Notes under the pieces: generated by a model
What the model was told of the DNA's origin: nothing
Databases searched by the model: none
The model's input: the letters and a program-made list of their open reading frames with translations, nothing else
Program-made: the position numbers and the translations under genes
In this document: piece by piece, positions 13,676-27,100 of the stretch
Numbering within the stretch: the stretch's first letter is position 1
Layout: the number at the start of each line of letters is the position of its first letter
Source: Heterodontus francisci
Taxonomy: Eukaryota
Length of the DNA: 64,000 nucleotides
NCBI RefSeq assembly: GCF_036365525.1
Contig: NW_027141721.1
Location: 186,001-250,000 of the forward strand
Direction of reading: 5' to 3'

Positions 13676-15130
13676 CCGGAGGAGGTTACAGAGATACGAA
13701 GGGTTGTCGGGGCTGGAGGAGGTTACAGAGATAGGGAGGAATGTTGGGGCTGGAGGAGGTTACAGATAAAGGGAGGGTTGACAGGCGGGAGGAGGTTACA
13801 GAGATAGGAAGGGTTGTAGGGGTCTGGAGGAGGTTACAGAGAGAGGGAGGCTTCTTGGGGCTGGAGGAGGTTACAGAGAAAGGGAGGGTTGTCGGGCAGG
13901 AGGAGGTTACACAGATAGGAAGGGTTGTAGGGGCTGGAGGAGGTTACAGAGATAGGGAGGGATGTTGGGGCTGGAGGAGGTTACAGAGAAAGGGAGGGTT
14001 GTCGGGCTGGAGGAGGTTACACAGATAGGAAGGGTTGAGGGGCTGGAGGAGGTTACAGAGATAGGGAGGGATGTTGGGGCTGGAGGCAGTTACAGAGATA
14101 GGGAGGGTTGTAGGGGCTGGAGGAGGTTACAGAGATAGGGAGGTTTGTTGGGCTGGAGGAGATTACAGTGATAGGGAGGGTAGTTGGGGCTGGAGGAGGT
14201 TACAGTGATAGGAAAGTTTGTAGGGGCTGGAGATGGTTACAGAGATAGGGACGTTGTTGGGGCTGGAGGCTGTTACAGAGATAAGGGGCTTGTAGGGGCC
14301 GAAGGAGGTTACAGAGATAGGGAGGCTTGTTGGTTCTGAAGGAAGTTACAGAGATAGGGAGAGTTGTCGGGCTGGAGGAAGCTACAGAGATAGGGAGGGT
14401 TGTAGGGGCTGGAGGAGGTTACAGTGTTAGGGAGTGTGGCAGGGTCTGGAGGAGGCTACAGAGATGGGGATGGTTGTCGGGCTGGAGGAAGCTACAGAGA
14501 TAGGGAGGGTTGTAGCGGCTGAAAGAGGTTACAGAGATAGGGATGGTTGTTGGTGCTGAAGGAAGTGACAGAGATAGGGATGGTTGTCGGGCTGGAGGAA
14601 GCTACAGAGATAGGGAGGGTTGTAGGGGATGGTGGAGGTTACAGAGATAGGGAGCATTGTAGGCTGGAGGAGGTTACAGAGATAGGGAGGGTTGTACGGG
14701 ATGGACGAGGTTACAGAGATCGGGACGGTTGTAGACTGGGGGAGGTTACAGACATAGCGTTGGTTTTCGGGGCTGGAGGTCATTACAGAGATCGGGATGG
14801 TTGTCGGGGCTAGAGGAAGTTACAGAAATAGGGAAGGTTGCAGTGGGCTGGAGGAGGTTACAGGGATAGGGAGTGTTGTCGGGGCTGGAGGTGATTTTAG
14901 GGAGATAGGGAGAGTTTTCGGGGCTAGAGGAAGTTACAGAAACAGGGAAGGTTGTCGGAGTTTGGAGGAGGTTACAGATGTCGGAAGGGTTGCATTATCT
15001 TACGGAGGTAGCAGAGATAGGGAGGGCTGTATTACCTTGAGGAGATTGCTGTGATAGGGAGGGCTGTAGGAGCTGCAGGAGGTTACAGAGATAGGTGGAG
15101 TTGTTTGGACGTGAGGAGGTTACAGAGAGA
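13676..15130. repeat. ~38-bp tandem repeat GGGCTGGAGGAGGTTACAGAGATAGGGAGGGTTGTAG (L2-derived)
   Basis: Tandem units; the reverse complement matches the single-copy L2 segment at ~20780-20825. Confidence 0.9.
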
Positions 15131-17590
15131 GTGATATCTCTCACTGATCATGGAATGTATTCACTGTCAACCCCAGTATCATTCTGGTGAATCTCAGCTG
15201 TGTCTGGTCGGTGGCCAACAGCTGCTTGCTGAGGTAAGGTGTCCAGACTGAGTGCAATATTCCGGACATAGTTTAACCAGAGCCTCCTACAACTGTGGCA
15301 TTACCTCCAAACCCTTTGTATTTTAGACTCTTTCATTAATCACACGTTCAATAATACATGACTGGATGCATGCACACACACACTCCCAACTCTCACTCCC
15401 TCTCTCTCTCTCCCTCCTCAGTTTGTTTGACTATGTTGTTAGTTGTGCACCTTTGCCCTTTAGCTGATCTTACCTGTGCCTATGATGTGAAGAGTCTATT
15501 GTTCTCAGTCCTTGACAAACACAACAGCTTCCTGCTTTGTAAAGGTTGATATTTTCCTATCAGTGACACACGGCACAACATTCAAATCTGTTAGTCCCAG
15601 GGAATGCAAATATCAAAGCCGGCTCAGAAGTGTTAATGGGCCGATTGTGGGACTGAATGAATATCTGACAACCTGGCATGGACTCAGGGGCACTGACAGA
15701 ATCAGCAATCCAGAGAGAATGGAAACTGTGGAAACTATCAAGGACTAGGCGTCGGACATGGGCTGGTTGGGACTGAGATGCACATTCAGACGCCCCTTTT
15801 CACAGGCACAGGTAACATTGAATAACAATGTGCTGCAAGGTGATTGTGATTACTGAGGGGACAGTGACATTGTGATTCTGTCACAGGAATATTATCTAGA
15901 GCCCTGGACTGACTGCACTGCCCAATGTGCTAATGATCTAACAGAGAAATGTGGGGACAGACGAATCCCACCCCATCAGAAACAAATCCTAGAATAGTAC
16001 AACAGAGGGAGGCCATTCGGCCCATTGAGGTTTTGCCATCTCTTTCGAAAATCAACCCAGTTAATCCAAATCCCCACTCTTTCACACTTAATTCCCTCAA
16101 TTAATTCCCCTTCAATTATTGAGTCAATTCCCTGTTTGAATAATACCATTGAATTTCCACCACCCTATCAGACATTGCCCTCCAAATCCAAACCACTCAT
16201 GACATTAAAAAACATTTATCCTCATATCACCTCTGGTACCTTTCCCCATCATATTAAAGCTGTGCCCTCTGGTGATCTATCGAATCTCCCCTGAACCTTC
16301 TCTGCTCGAAGGAGAACGTCCCTTTCTTGCCCAGTCTTTTTACTTGACTGAAATTCCTCACTAACTGAACCATTCGAGCAAATCTCTTCTGCACCCTCTC
16401 CAAAGCCTACAGGTCTTTCCTGAAGTGTGGTGCCCTGAACTGGGCACAATATTCCAACAGGGGCCGAACTGGTGGTTTATACAGGTTTGACATGACTCCC
16501 GGACTTTTGTACTCGACCTCTCTATTTACAAAGCCCAGACGCCAATCTGATTTATTGATCGCTTTCTCAACCTACCCTGCCGCCTTTAAATATTCCTGCA
16601 CAAGCATCCCCCAGGTCTCTCTGTTCTTGCACCTCTTCACAAATTGTATTGTTTCATCTCTCCTCATTCTTTCAGTCAAAATCAAACATATCAAAGACTA
16701 ATCCCACTCATATCTGGGACAAATTACCCGCTTATTATTATTCAGTCAGTAATGGACAATGGTCTGCCAGTAACTCGATAAAGTTTACATACAACACTTT
16801 TCCTTCCATAAAACAATATTCTCGGTGATTCTTGTATTGAAGTTTATACCGAAAGCCCACTGCTATCCCAATGTTAGCAGGTGTGGAGCAGTCAGTGACT
16901 GAGACATTAACATTTGGTCAGGGACCCCTCACAATATCCCATGTCCTGAATACTCAAACACTCTCTCACTGAGAAATTTATGTCCTCCTCATTCTGGTTT
17001 GTATGTGTTACTAACGCTGTATCTGTGCTATTTCGGAGATGGTATCACTGTCGCTGATGTGAGGATTTCATTGTTCTCATTCTGTGACTATATTCTGAAA
17101 AACACAATCATTTACTTTATCCCCAACGACCTCAAGGAAGAAAATGGATGTCATGTCATTTGTCTCTGTGGAGCATCTTGTTTCTCTGGCCCTCTCATCA
17201 TCCCCCCAATACTGACCCACGACTGATAAGAGAGGCATGTCTCCTGGGAATATTCTCTCCCTAACATTCAGTGCCTATGAAAGATCAAATATACACAGCC
17301 AATTGGAAAATACCGACACAATACTGACTATAATTTTCAGAGACCCAGCCCCAGGCTCCAATCTCCCTACACCCTTCCTGTTGGGTAAGTGACGACAAGT
17401 TATGTTACAACAGCAAAGTCCAGTTGGTTAGCAAAGGCCCAGGAGAAATATTAACTTGCTTTATTATGGCAGCTCCTTTCACCGAAAGGCCTTCGTTTGC
17501 ATAGATTATGTCATATTATTAATTATTACTGAATGTAAATATTTCAGCCAACCAGCACTGCGGTCAGTCACTGGTCAATCCGCCGTGGTG

Positions 17591-17720
17591 TATATAGGGG
17601 TTGGAGCTGTCACTGAGACTGACACTGTTCACAGCAGAGTGGACCCGAGACTGAGGAGCAAGCAGCTGGAACTGAACCGACAACATCTCCCACCCAGCGA
17701 CATCTACTTTGGAGACTCTG
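17591..17720 (+). promoter_or_regulatory. TATA box and putative non-coding exon 1 of the D8C gene
   Basis: TATATAG at 17591; strong donor CTG|gtaag at 17720/17721; the next acceptor tttccag at 18169 precedes the ATG at 18185. Confidence 0.6.
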
Positions 17721-18184
17721 GTAAGCAGTCGGGTATGGGAGGAGTGTTAGAAAAAGCACAGGAGTTTGTCATTTGCTAGGTGTTGACCCAGGGGGAATGT
17801 GTCCTGCTTTTCCTGAAACAACACCATCCTCAGTAATAACCTTTGTCAGAAATTCAAAGAGGTTCGTTACAGGAATGCAGGAGACAGACCTGGAGGAGAG
17901 AGTCAGGAACACATGTGGTTTGTTCATAAAAGTTTTGGAGAGTGGAAAGGGTGAAGGATTGGAGTCAAGTTACTGAGGTTTATCAAGAACATATAGTTGA
18001 GCTCACCTCTGTCTGTAGGAGCCACAGTGAGAGAGAGATAGATAGATGGAGCTCACCTCTCTGAACAGATATACTGACAAACTCCTCTTCAACTCCTTAT
18101 TTAATATTCCCTCCAATTGCACGATTCCTTTAGCTCTCTCAAATGTTTGTCTTGTGTTTCCCTTTCCAGAATCTCACCAGTAAG

Positions 18185-21100
18185 ATGTGGACTCTGCTGA
18201 TCATTCTGGGTTACCTGAGTGAGTAACTTTCATTCTCGACAAAGTTCACCCCCAGTACAACTAGAACAAGCTGTGTTTATTCACACCGTTATATAGAATA
18301 ATCTCCCAAGCTGTTGCACAGAAATCTGATGGAAGAAATGTCTGACACGGCAGGGAAGGAGATGATTGGAGGGCTGACTGTTAGTTTAAAAGAGCAGGTG
18401 GAGGTGGAGAGGCAGAAAGGTTTAGGAGGCTGGACATCTTGAAGCCACATCAGACACTGCTGGAGGAAAGGGAGTGGAGGGAAGTTCTACAGGAGGCTTG
18501 GGTCAGAGAAACAGAGAGTTGGTGAAGATTACAGAAATGAGGTGGGAGAGGGAGGAGAGGTCATGAAAGAATTTGAACAGGAAGATGGTAGTTGTACATC
18601 AAAGGCGTTTGCAGCTGTGAACCAATGTGGGTCAGAGAGCACAGGGGTGATGTGTGACTTAAACTTTCTGCAAGATAACATGCAACAGCAGTGTGTTGGA
18701 GGAGACCTGACTTCTGGAAAGTGGAAGCTGGGAGGCTGGCCAGGAGAGGATTAGAAGATTTGATTCTCTAGAAGTTGAGGGTTTTTGGTAGAGGATTGGC
18801 TGAGGCAAAATCTGTGATGGTGGATATTAAGGAGGTTGTAATTGGATGTCCTTGTGATGAGGAGGCGACAGGGAAGGAAGCTGGGCACAGTCGGAAGCTG
18901 ATGAGAAATTGGAGAGGGACAAGATAGATCCTCGGGATACCCTAGAGGTAACAGTGCTGGAGTGGGTAGGGAAGACACTGCAGGAGATTCTCTGCCTGAG
19001 ACTAGACTGGGTAGAGTGGAAATAGGCCAGAGCAGTTCCACCCAACTGGACATGGAAGGAGTGGTGTTGGCGATGGATAGTGTGGTGAATTGTGTCAAAG
19101 GCTGCCGACAATTCGAGAAGGATGATCAGAAACAGTATTCCTGACTTGGCTCTTGCAGCTTCACTGCTGCTCAAACACTTTACCAGTTCTTTGGTAACTC
19201 TAGTAGAGACAGCCCTGGTAATTATAGACCTGTGAGCCTCACTTCGGTTGTGGGTAAAATGTTGGAAAAGGTTATAAGAGACAGGATTTATAATCATCTT
19301 GAAAAGAATAAGTACATTAGAGATAGTCAGCACGGTTTTGTGACGGGTAGGTCGTGCCTCACAAACCTTATTGAGTTTTTCGAGAAGGTGACCAAACAGG
19401 TGGATGACGGTAAAGCAGTGGATGTGGTGTATATGGATTTCAGTAAGGCGTTTGATAAGGTTCCCCACGGTAGGCTATTGCAGAAAATACGGAAGTATGG
19501 GGTTGAAGGTGATTTAGAGCTTTGGATCAGAAATTGGCTAGCTGAAAGAAGACAGAGGGTGGTGGTTGATGGTAAATGTTCATCCTGGAGTTTAGTTACC
19601 AGTGGTGTACCGCAAGGATCTGTTTTGGGGCCATTGCTGTTTGTCATTTTTATAAATGACCTGGAAGAGGGTGTAGAAGGGTGGGTTAGTAAATTTGCAG
19701 ATGACACTAAGGTCGGTGGAGTTGTGGATAGTGCCGAAGGATGTTGTAGGGTACAGAGAGACATAGATAGGCTGCAGAGCTGGGCTGAGAGATGGCAAAT
19801 GGAGTTTAATGCGGAAAAGTGTGAGGTGATTCACTTTGGAAGGAGTAACAGGAATGCAGAGTACTGGGCTAATGGGAAGATTCTTGTTAGTGTAGATGAG
19901 CAGAGAGATCTTGGTGTCCAGGTGCATAAATCCCTGAAGGTTGCTAACCAGGTTAATAGGGCTGTCAAGAAGGCATATGGTGTGTTAGCTTTTATTAGTA
20001 GGGGGGTCGAGTTTCGGAGCCACGAGGTCATGCTGCAGCTGTACAAGACTCTGGTGAGACCGCACCTGGAGTATTGCGTACAGTTCTGGTCACCACATTA
20101 TAGAAAGGATGTGGAATCTATGGAAAGGGTGCAGAGGAGATTTACTAGGATGTTGCCTGGTATGGAGGGAAGGTCTTACGAGGAAAGGCTGAGGGACTTG
20201 AGGTTGTTTTCGTTGGAGAGAAGGAGGAGGAGAGGTGACTTAATAGAGACATATAAGATAATCAGAGGGTTAGATAGGGTGGATAGTGAGCGTCTTTTTC
20301 CTCGGATGGTGATGGCAAACACGAGGGGACATAGCTTCAAGTTGAGGGGTGATAGATATAGGACAGATGTGAGAGGTAGTTTCTTTACTCAGAGTGTAGT
20401 AAGGGCGTGGAATGCCCTGCCTGCAGCAGTAGTAGATTCGCCAACTTTTAGGGCATTTAAGTGGACATTGAATAGACACATGGATTCAAATGGAATAGTG
20501 TAGGTCAGATGGTTTCACAGCTCGGCGCAACATCGAGGGCCGAAGGGCCTGTACTGCGCTGTAATATTCTAAAAAAAAAAATTCTAACTTGACTATTCCA
20601 AAGACCTCCTGGCTGATCTCTCACATTCCACCTTCTGTACATTTTGGTCATCCAGTATGATACTGCCCAAGTCCCGTTCACCTTTCATCTCCGTGCTCAC
20701 TGACCTGCACTGGCTCCCGGTTCAGCAAGGCCTGGATTTCAATATTCTCACAATCGTTTCCAGATCCTTCTATCACCTCGCCGTTCCCTACCTATGAAAT
20801 CATCTCCAGCCCCACAACCCTCGGAGATCTCTGCGCTACTCTAATTCAGGCCTCTTGAATATTCCCGATTCGAATCCCTTCCACCATTGGCAGCTATGCT
20901 TTCACCTGCCGAGGCTTAACGCTATGGAATTCTCTCCCTCAACTTCTCCGTCTCTCCACCTCTCTTTCATCCTTTCAGACACTCCTTAAAACCTACCTCT
21001 TTGACATAGCATTTGGCCACCTGCCCGACCAGCTGCTTCTGTGGATCGGTGTCAGTTCGGGATGGTAACACACCGATGAAGTGCTTTGGGACATTTTATT

Positions 21101-24100
21101 ACATCAAAGGCAGTACATAAATGCAGGTTGTTGTTGGTTTTGAGACTACACGTTCCCTCTCCAGGACCCACCAGTCACACTGGGTCGCTTGTGCTCCACC
21201 TGGCAGTTCTCGCTCCTCCTCCACTTTACATCTTTCCTACTGGGATGAAGTGAAGCTGAGATATTTACTGCTTTCTGCTACCTGAGAGCTGGTGGTTAAT
21301 CCAGAATAGGGAGTACTGTCTGTGAGCAGTGAGTTAGAGGGGGAGGCTGAGCTGGGAGACAGATGGAAACCCAGTTTAGAGAAGGAGGACATTTTCCAGC
21401 TTTAATCTGGGGGGTTTTGACCAGGACGGAGGGTGAAACTGAGATTATTGGTATTTTGGGAGGGTACAAGGCGCTGTGTAACATTAACTGTACTTTATAT
21501 TAACATTAAACATCTTTCTGTCACTCAGTCACAGACTCCACACTCACTGACCCGTGTGTAAATCACACAGTCCTGGACCAGTCCTGGAGGAGCATCGATT
21601 GTAATGAGACTGAGTGCTCTGATCAGGTTAAGTGTGATCAGAATCTTGCTCAAGGATGGTACAGATTTAAAAGGTAATGTAAAGGAACAAATTCTGGGTA
21701 AATCAGTTAATGAGGGAGGAGTAAGGGATTTCCCCCAGTTTCAGGTACTATCTGCTGTTACCAGTCTCTCTAACAGTTAATATTTGCCATCAGTTCAGGG
21801 ACTGACTCTGTGATTGTTGTTTCAGTTCTGGTGGATGGAAGATTCCGGACACTGTTGTCCCAGATAGCCACTGCTCCACACGTGCCACAGGCTGGTTACA
21901 GGGTAATTTCCGTCATAAAAATATCAGATTTTCATTCACTGTCCAGCACTGTTCACGTGGGTTACCTTCTTCAATATTTATAAACTCTCATTTCAGGTTC
22001 CCATCCCAGTGTGGGAAATGGGGAAGTAACGAGGACAGTTTGTTTTAACAAGGCTGGAAATCGCTGTCACTGGACCCAGGAAATAAAGATCATAAACTGC
22101 AGCAGTTATTTTGTTTATGAGTTGAAGCCTCCACCTGACTGTGAAGCTGTTTATTGTACAGGTAGATTGCTGTTTGTATATGGTGCAGATGGGTGATTCT
22201 GGGATGTCCCGTGTCACCCATAGAAATGAGACAGTTTACTCACTGCCCTCCTTTTTGTAAGGGACACAGTGAATAAAAGATCTGTAAAACAGAGTGAACT
22301 CTTCACTAAAACTCTAGGGAACTGAACCAGACGCTCACTGTCTGGAGAGAGGGCTGGCATGTCTGGGTCGTATTCTGTCAGGTCTGCAATTGAGGAGATT
22401 CAGGTTTTCTGGTGAGTATCAGACACAGCAGCAGGATCCTGACAGACTCTATGTGAAGGGCAGTCACTCTCACCTCACCTCTTGAGTTCCACTCTTTTGT
22501 CCATGTTTGAACCACACTGTAATGAGGTCAGGTGCTGAGTGACCCCGGCGGAACCCAAACTGACCATCACTGAACAGGCGATTGCTGAGCAAGTACCACT
22601 TGATAGCACTGTCGATGACACCTTCCATCATTTTACTGATGATAGAGAGTAGACTGATGGGACGGTAATTGGGTGGGTTGAACTTGCCCTGCTTTGACTT
22701 GTCCTGCTTTTTATGTACAGGACATGCCTGGGCAGTTTTCCACATTGCAGGGTAGATGCCAGTGTTGTAGCTGCACTGGAACAGCTTGGCTAAGGATGCA
22801 ACAAGTTCTGGAGCACAGGTACTTCCGCGATATTGTCAGGGCCCATAGCCTTTGCAGTATCCAGTGCCTTCAGTCATTTCTTGATATCAAGCGGAGTGAA
22901 TCGAATTGGCTGAAGACTGGCATCTGTGATGCTTGGGACTGCAGGAGAAGGCCGAGATGTCTCATCAACTCGGCACTTCTGGCTGAAGAATTTTGCAAAT
23001 GCTTCAGCCTTATCTTTCGCACTGATGTGCTGGGCTCCCTGATCATTGAGGATGGGGATGTTTGTGGGGCCACCTCCTCCAGTTAGTTGTTTAATTGTCT
23101 ACTGCCATTCACGACTGGATGTCGCAGGACTGCAGAGCTTAGATCTGATCCGTTGGTTATCGGATCGCTTAGTTCTGTCGATCACATGCTGCTTCTGCTG
23201 TTTGGCATGCAGATAGTCCTGGGTTGTAGCTTCACCAGGCTGACACCTCATTTTGAGGTATGCCTTGTGCTGCACTTTGCATGCACTCTTCATTGAACCA
23301 CGTTTGGTCTCCTGGCTTGATGGTCATGATAGAGTGGGGGATATACCGGACCATGAGGTTACAGATTGTGGTTGAGTACATTTCTGCTGCTGCTGTTGTT
23401 CCCACAGCACCTCATGGATGCCCATTGTTGCATTGCTAGACTTGTTTGAATCTATCCCATTCAGCACGGTGATAGTGCCACACAACACGATGGACGGTAT
23501 CCTCAATGTGAAGGCGGGACTTCGTCTCCACAAGGACTGTGCGGTGGTCACTCCCACCAATACTGTCATCAGCAGATGGTTATGTGGCAGGCAGATTGGT
23601 GAGGATGACGTCAAGTATATTTTCTCCCCTTGTTGGTTCTGTCATCACCTGCCGCAGTCCCAGACTAGCAGCTCGGTCAGGAGTGGGCTGCAGCGACTGA
23701 GGGCAGTGGGATGTAGTGACTGAGGGGAATGAGATGTAGTGACTGAGGAGAGTGGGATGCAGTGAATGTGGGGAGTGGGATGTAGCGACTGAGGGGAGGG
23801 GGATACAGTGACTGAGGGGAGTGGGATACAGTGACTGAGGGTAGTGGGATGTAGTGACTGAGGGGAGTGGGGTATAGTGACTGAGGGGAGTGGGATGTAG
23901 TGACTGAAGGGAGTGGGATACAGTGACTGAGGGGAGTGGGATGTAGTGACTGAAGGGAGTGGGATGCTGTAATTGAGGGAAGTGGGATGCAGTGACTGAT
24001 GAGTAGGATGTGGTAACTGAGGGGAGTGGGGTACAGTGACTGAGGGGAGTGGGATGACGAGACTGAGGGGAGTAGGATGTAGTGACTGATGGGAGTGGGA

Positions 24101-27100
24101 TACAGTGACTGAGGGTAGTGGGGTACAGTGACTGAGGGGAGTGGGATGACGAGACTGAGGGGAGTAGGATGTAGTGACTGATGGGAGTGGGATACAGTGA
24201 CTGAGGGTAGTGGGATGTAGTGACTGAGGGGAGTGGGGTACAGTGACTGAGGGGAGTGGGATGTAGTGACTGAAGGGAGTGGGATACAGTGACTGAGGGT
24301 AGTGGGATGTAGTGACTGAGGGGAGTGGGGTACAGTGACTGAGGGGAGTGGGATGTAGTGACTGAAGGGAGTGGGATACAGTGACTGAGGGTAGTGGGAT
24401 GTAGTGACTGAGGGGAGTGGGGTACAGTGACTGAGGGGAGTGGGATGTAGTGACTGAAGGGAGTGGGATACAGTGACTGAGGGTAGTGGGATGTAGTGAC
24501 TGAAGGGAGTGGGATACAGTGACTGAGGGTAGTGGGATGTAGTGACTGAAGGGAGTGGGGTACAGTGACTGAGGGTAGTGGGATGTAGTGACTGAGGGGA
24601 GTGGGGTACAGTGACTGAGGGGAGTGGGATGTAGTGACTGAAGGGAGTGGGATACAGTGACTGAGGGGAGTGGGATGTAGTGACTGAAGGGAGTGGGATA
24701 CAGTGACTGAGGGGAGTGGGATGTAGTGACTGAAGGGAGTGGGATGCTGCAATTGAGGGAAGTGGGATGCAGTGACTGATGAGTAGGATGTGGTAACTGA
24801 GGGGAGTGGGGTACAGTGACTGAGGGGAGTGGGATGACGAGACTGAGGGGAGTAGGATGTAGTGACTGAGGGGAGTGGGATGTAGTGACTGAGGGTAGTG
24901 GGGTACAGTGACTGAGGGGAGTGGGATGTAGTGACTGAAGGGAGTGGGATGCTGTAATTGAGGGAAGTGGGATGCAGTGACTGATGAGTAGGATGTGGTA
25001 ACTGAGGGGAGTGGGGTACAGTGACTGAGGGGAGTGGGATGACGAGACTGAGGGGAGTAGGATGTAGTGACTGATGGGAGTGGGATACAGTGACTGAGGG
25101 AAGTGGGATGCAGTGACTGATGAGTAGGATGTGGTAACTGAGGGGTGTAGGATGTAGAGATGCGGGGAGTGAGGTGCAGTGAATGAAGGGCATGTTATAG
25201 AGTGATTCGGTGGACTGGGTGTGGTGACATAGAGAAGTGGGATGCAGTGATTGAGGGTAGTAGGAGCAGTGACTGAGGGGAGTGGGATACAGTGACTGAG
25301 GGTAGTGGGATGCAGTGACTGAGGGGAGTGGGATACAGTGACTGAGGGGAGTGTGATACAGTGACTGAGGGGAGTGTGATACAGTGACTATGGGGAATGG
25401 GATACAGTGACTGGGGGGAGTGGGATACAGTGACTGAGGGGAGTGTGATACAGTGACTGAGGGGAGTGGGAAGCAGTGACTGAGGGGAGTGGCATCCAGT
25501 GACTGAGTGGGAGTGGCATCCAGTGACTGAGTGGAGTGGGATCCAGTGACTGAGGGGAGTGTGATGCAGTGACTGAGGGGAGTGGGATGCAGTGACTGAG
25601 GGGAGGGGGATGCAGTGACTGAGGGGAGTGGGATACAGTGACTGAGGGGCGTGTGATACAGTGACTGTGGGGAATGGGATACAGTGACTGAGGGGAGTGT
25701 GATACAGTGACTGAGGGGTGTGTGATACTGTGGCTGAGGGGAGTGTGATACAGTGACTGAGGGGAGTGGGATGCAGTGACTGAGGGGAGGGGGATGCAGT
25801 GACTGAGGGGAGTGGGATACAGTGACTGAGGGGCGTGTGATACAGTGACTGTGGGGAATGGGATACAGTGACTGAGGGGAGTGTGATACAGTGACTGAGG
25901 GGTGTGTGATACTGTGGCTGAGGGGAGTGGGATGCAGTGGCTGAGGGGAGTAGGATACAGTGACTGAGGGGAGTGTGATACAGTGACTGAGGGGCGTGGG
26001 ATACAGAGACTGAAGGAAGTGGGATGCAGTGACTGAGGGGAATGGGATACAGTGACTGAGGGGAGTGTGATACAGTGACTGTGGGGAATGGGATACAGTG
26101 ACTGAGGGGTGTGTGATACAGTGGATGAGGGGAGTGTGATACTGTGGCTGAGGGGAGTGTGATACAGTGACAGAGGGGAGTGGGATACAGTGACAGAGGG
26201 GACTGGGATACAGTGACTGAGGGGAATGGGATACAGTGACTGAGGGGTGTGTGATCCCTTCCATTTATCTTCACATCCTCCTCGCTTTCACTTGTCACTT
26301 GAACTTTTCCCAGTTCTGATGTAAGGTCACATATTAACATTAAACATCTTTCTGTTACTCAGTCACAGACTCTGCACTCACTGACCCGTGTGTAAATCAC
26401 ACAGTCCTGGACCAGCCCTGGAGGAGCAGCGATTGTGATGACACTCGGTGCTTCAGCCAGGTGAAGTGTGATGATGGTCTTCACTTCGGATGGTACCGAT
26501 TTAAAAGGTAATGTAAAGGAACAATTTCAGGGTAATCTCGTCAATATGGGCAGAATAAGGGATTTCCCCTACCTTCTGGTACTATCTGATGGTACCAGTC
26601 TCTCTAACAGTTAATATTTACCATCAGTTCAGGGACTGACTCTGTGATTGTTATTTCAGTTCTGGTGGATGGAAGATTCCGGAGACTGCTGTCCCACATC
26701 ATCACTGCTCCACACATGTTACAAGCTGGTTACAGGGTACTGTCAGCCTTTATAATATCAGATTTACATTCACTGTCCAGCACTGTTCACATGGGTTACA
26801 TTCTTCAATATTTCTAAATTCTCATTTCAGGTTCCCATCCCAGCGTGGGAGAGGGGGAAGTAACACGGACAGTTTGTTTACACTGGGGTACAAATCACTG
26901 CTACAAGGTCCATGAGATAAAGATCAAAAACTGCAGCAGTTACTTCGTTTATGAGTTGAAGTCGTTGTTTCGTTGTGCTGCGTATTGTACAGGTACATTG
27001 ATGTTTCTATATCATTCAGAGGCTGATTCTGGGATATCCTTTGTCACTCACCGAAATGAGACAGTTTACTCGCTCCCCTCCTTATTGAAAGGGACACAGT

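Noticed and set aside
15560-15815. Possible exon with ATGCAAAT octamer and faint C-type-lectin-like words (NCG...CTFRRPF)
   Set aside because: The motifs fall in different frames with stops, and there is no supporting neighbour exon or V leader; too weak to call.
16895-16945. J-like frame TETLTFGQGPLTI
   Set aside because: No 12-RSS upstream, no splice donor, lacks the FGxGT threonine, and the paralogous repeat copy at ~54470-54500 does not keep the motif.
19232-20503. 423-aa reverse transcriptase ORF as a host gene
   Set aside because: 5'-truncated CR1 copy in an intron, lacking the endonuclease and a true start.
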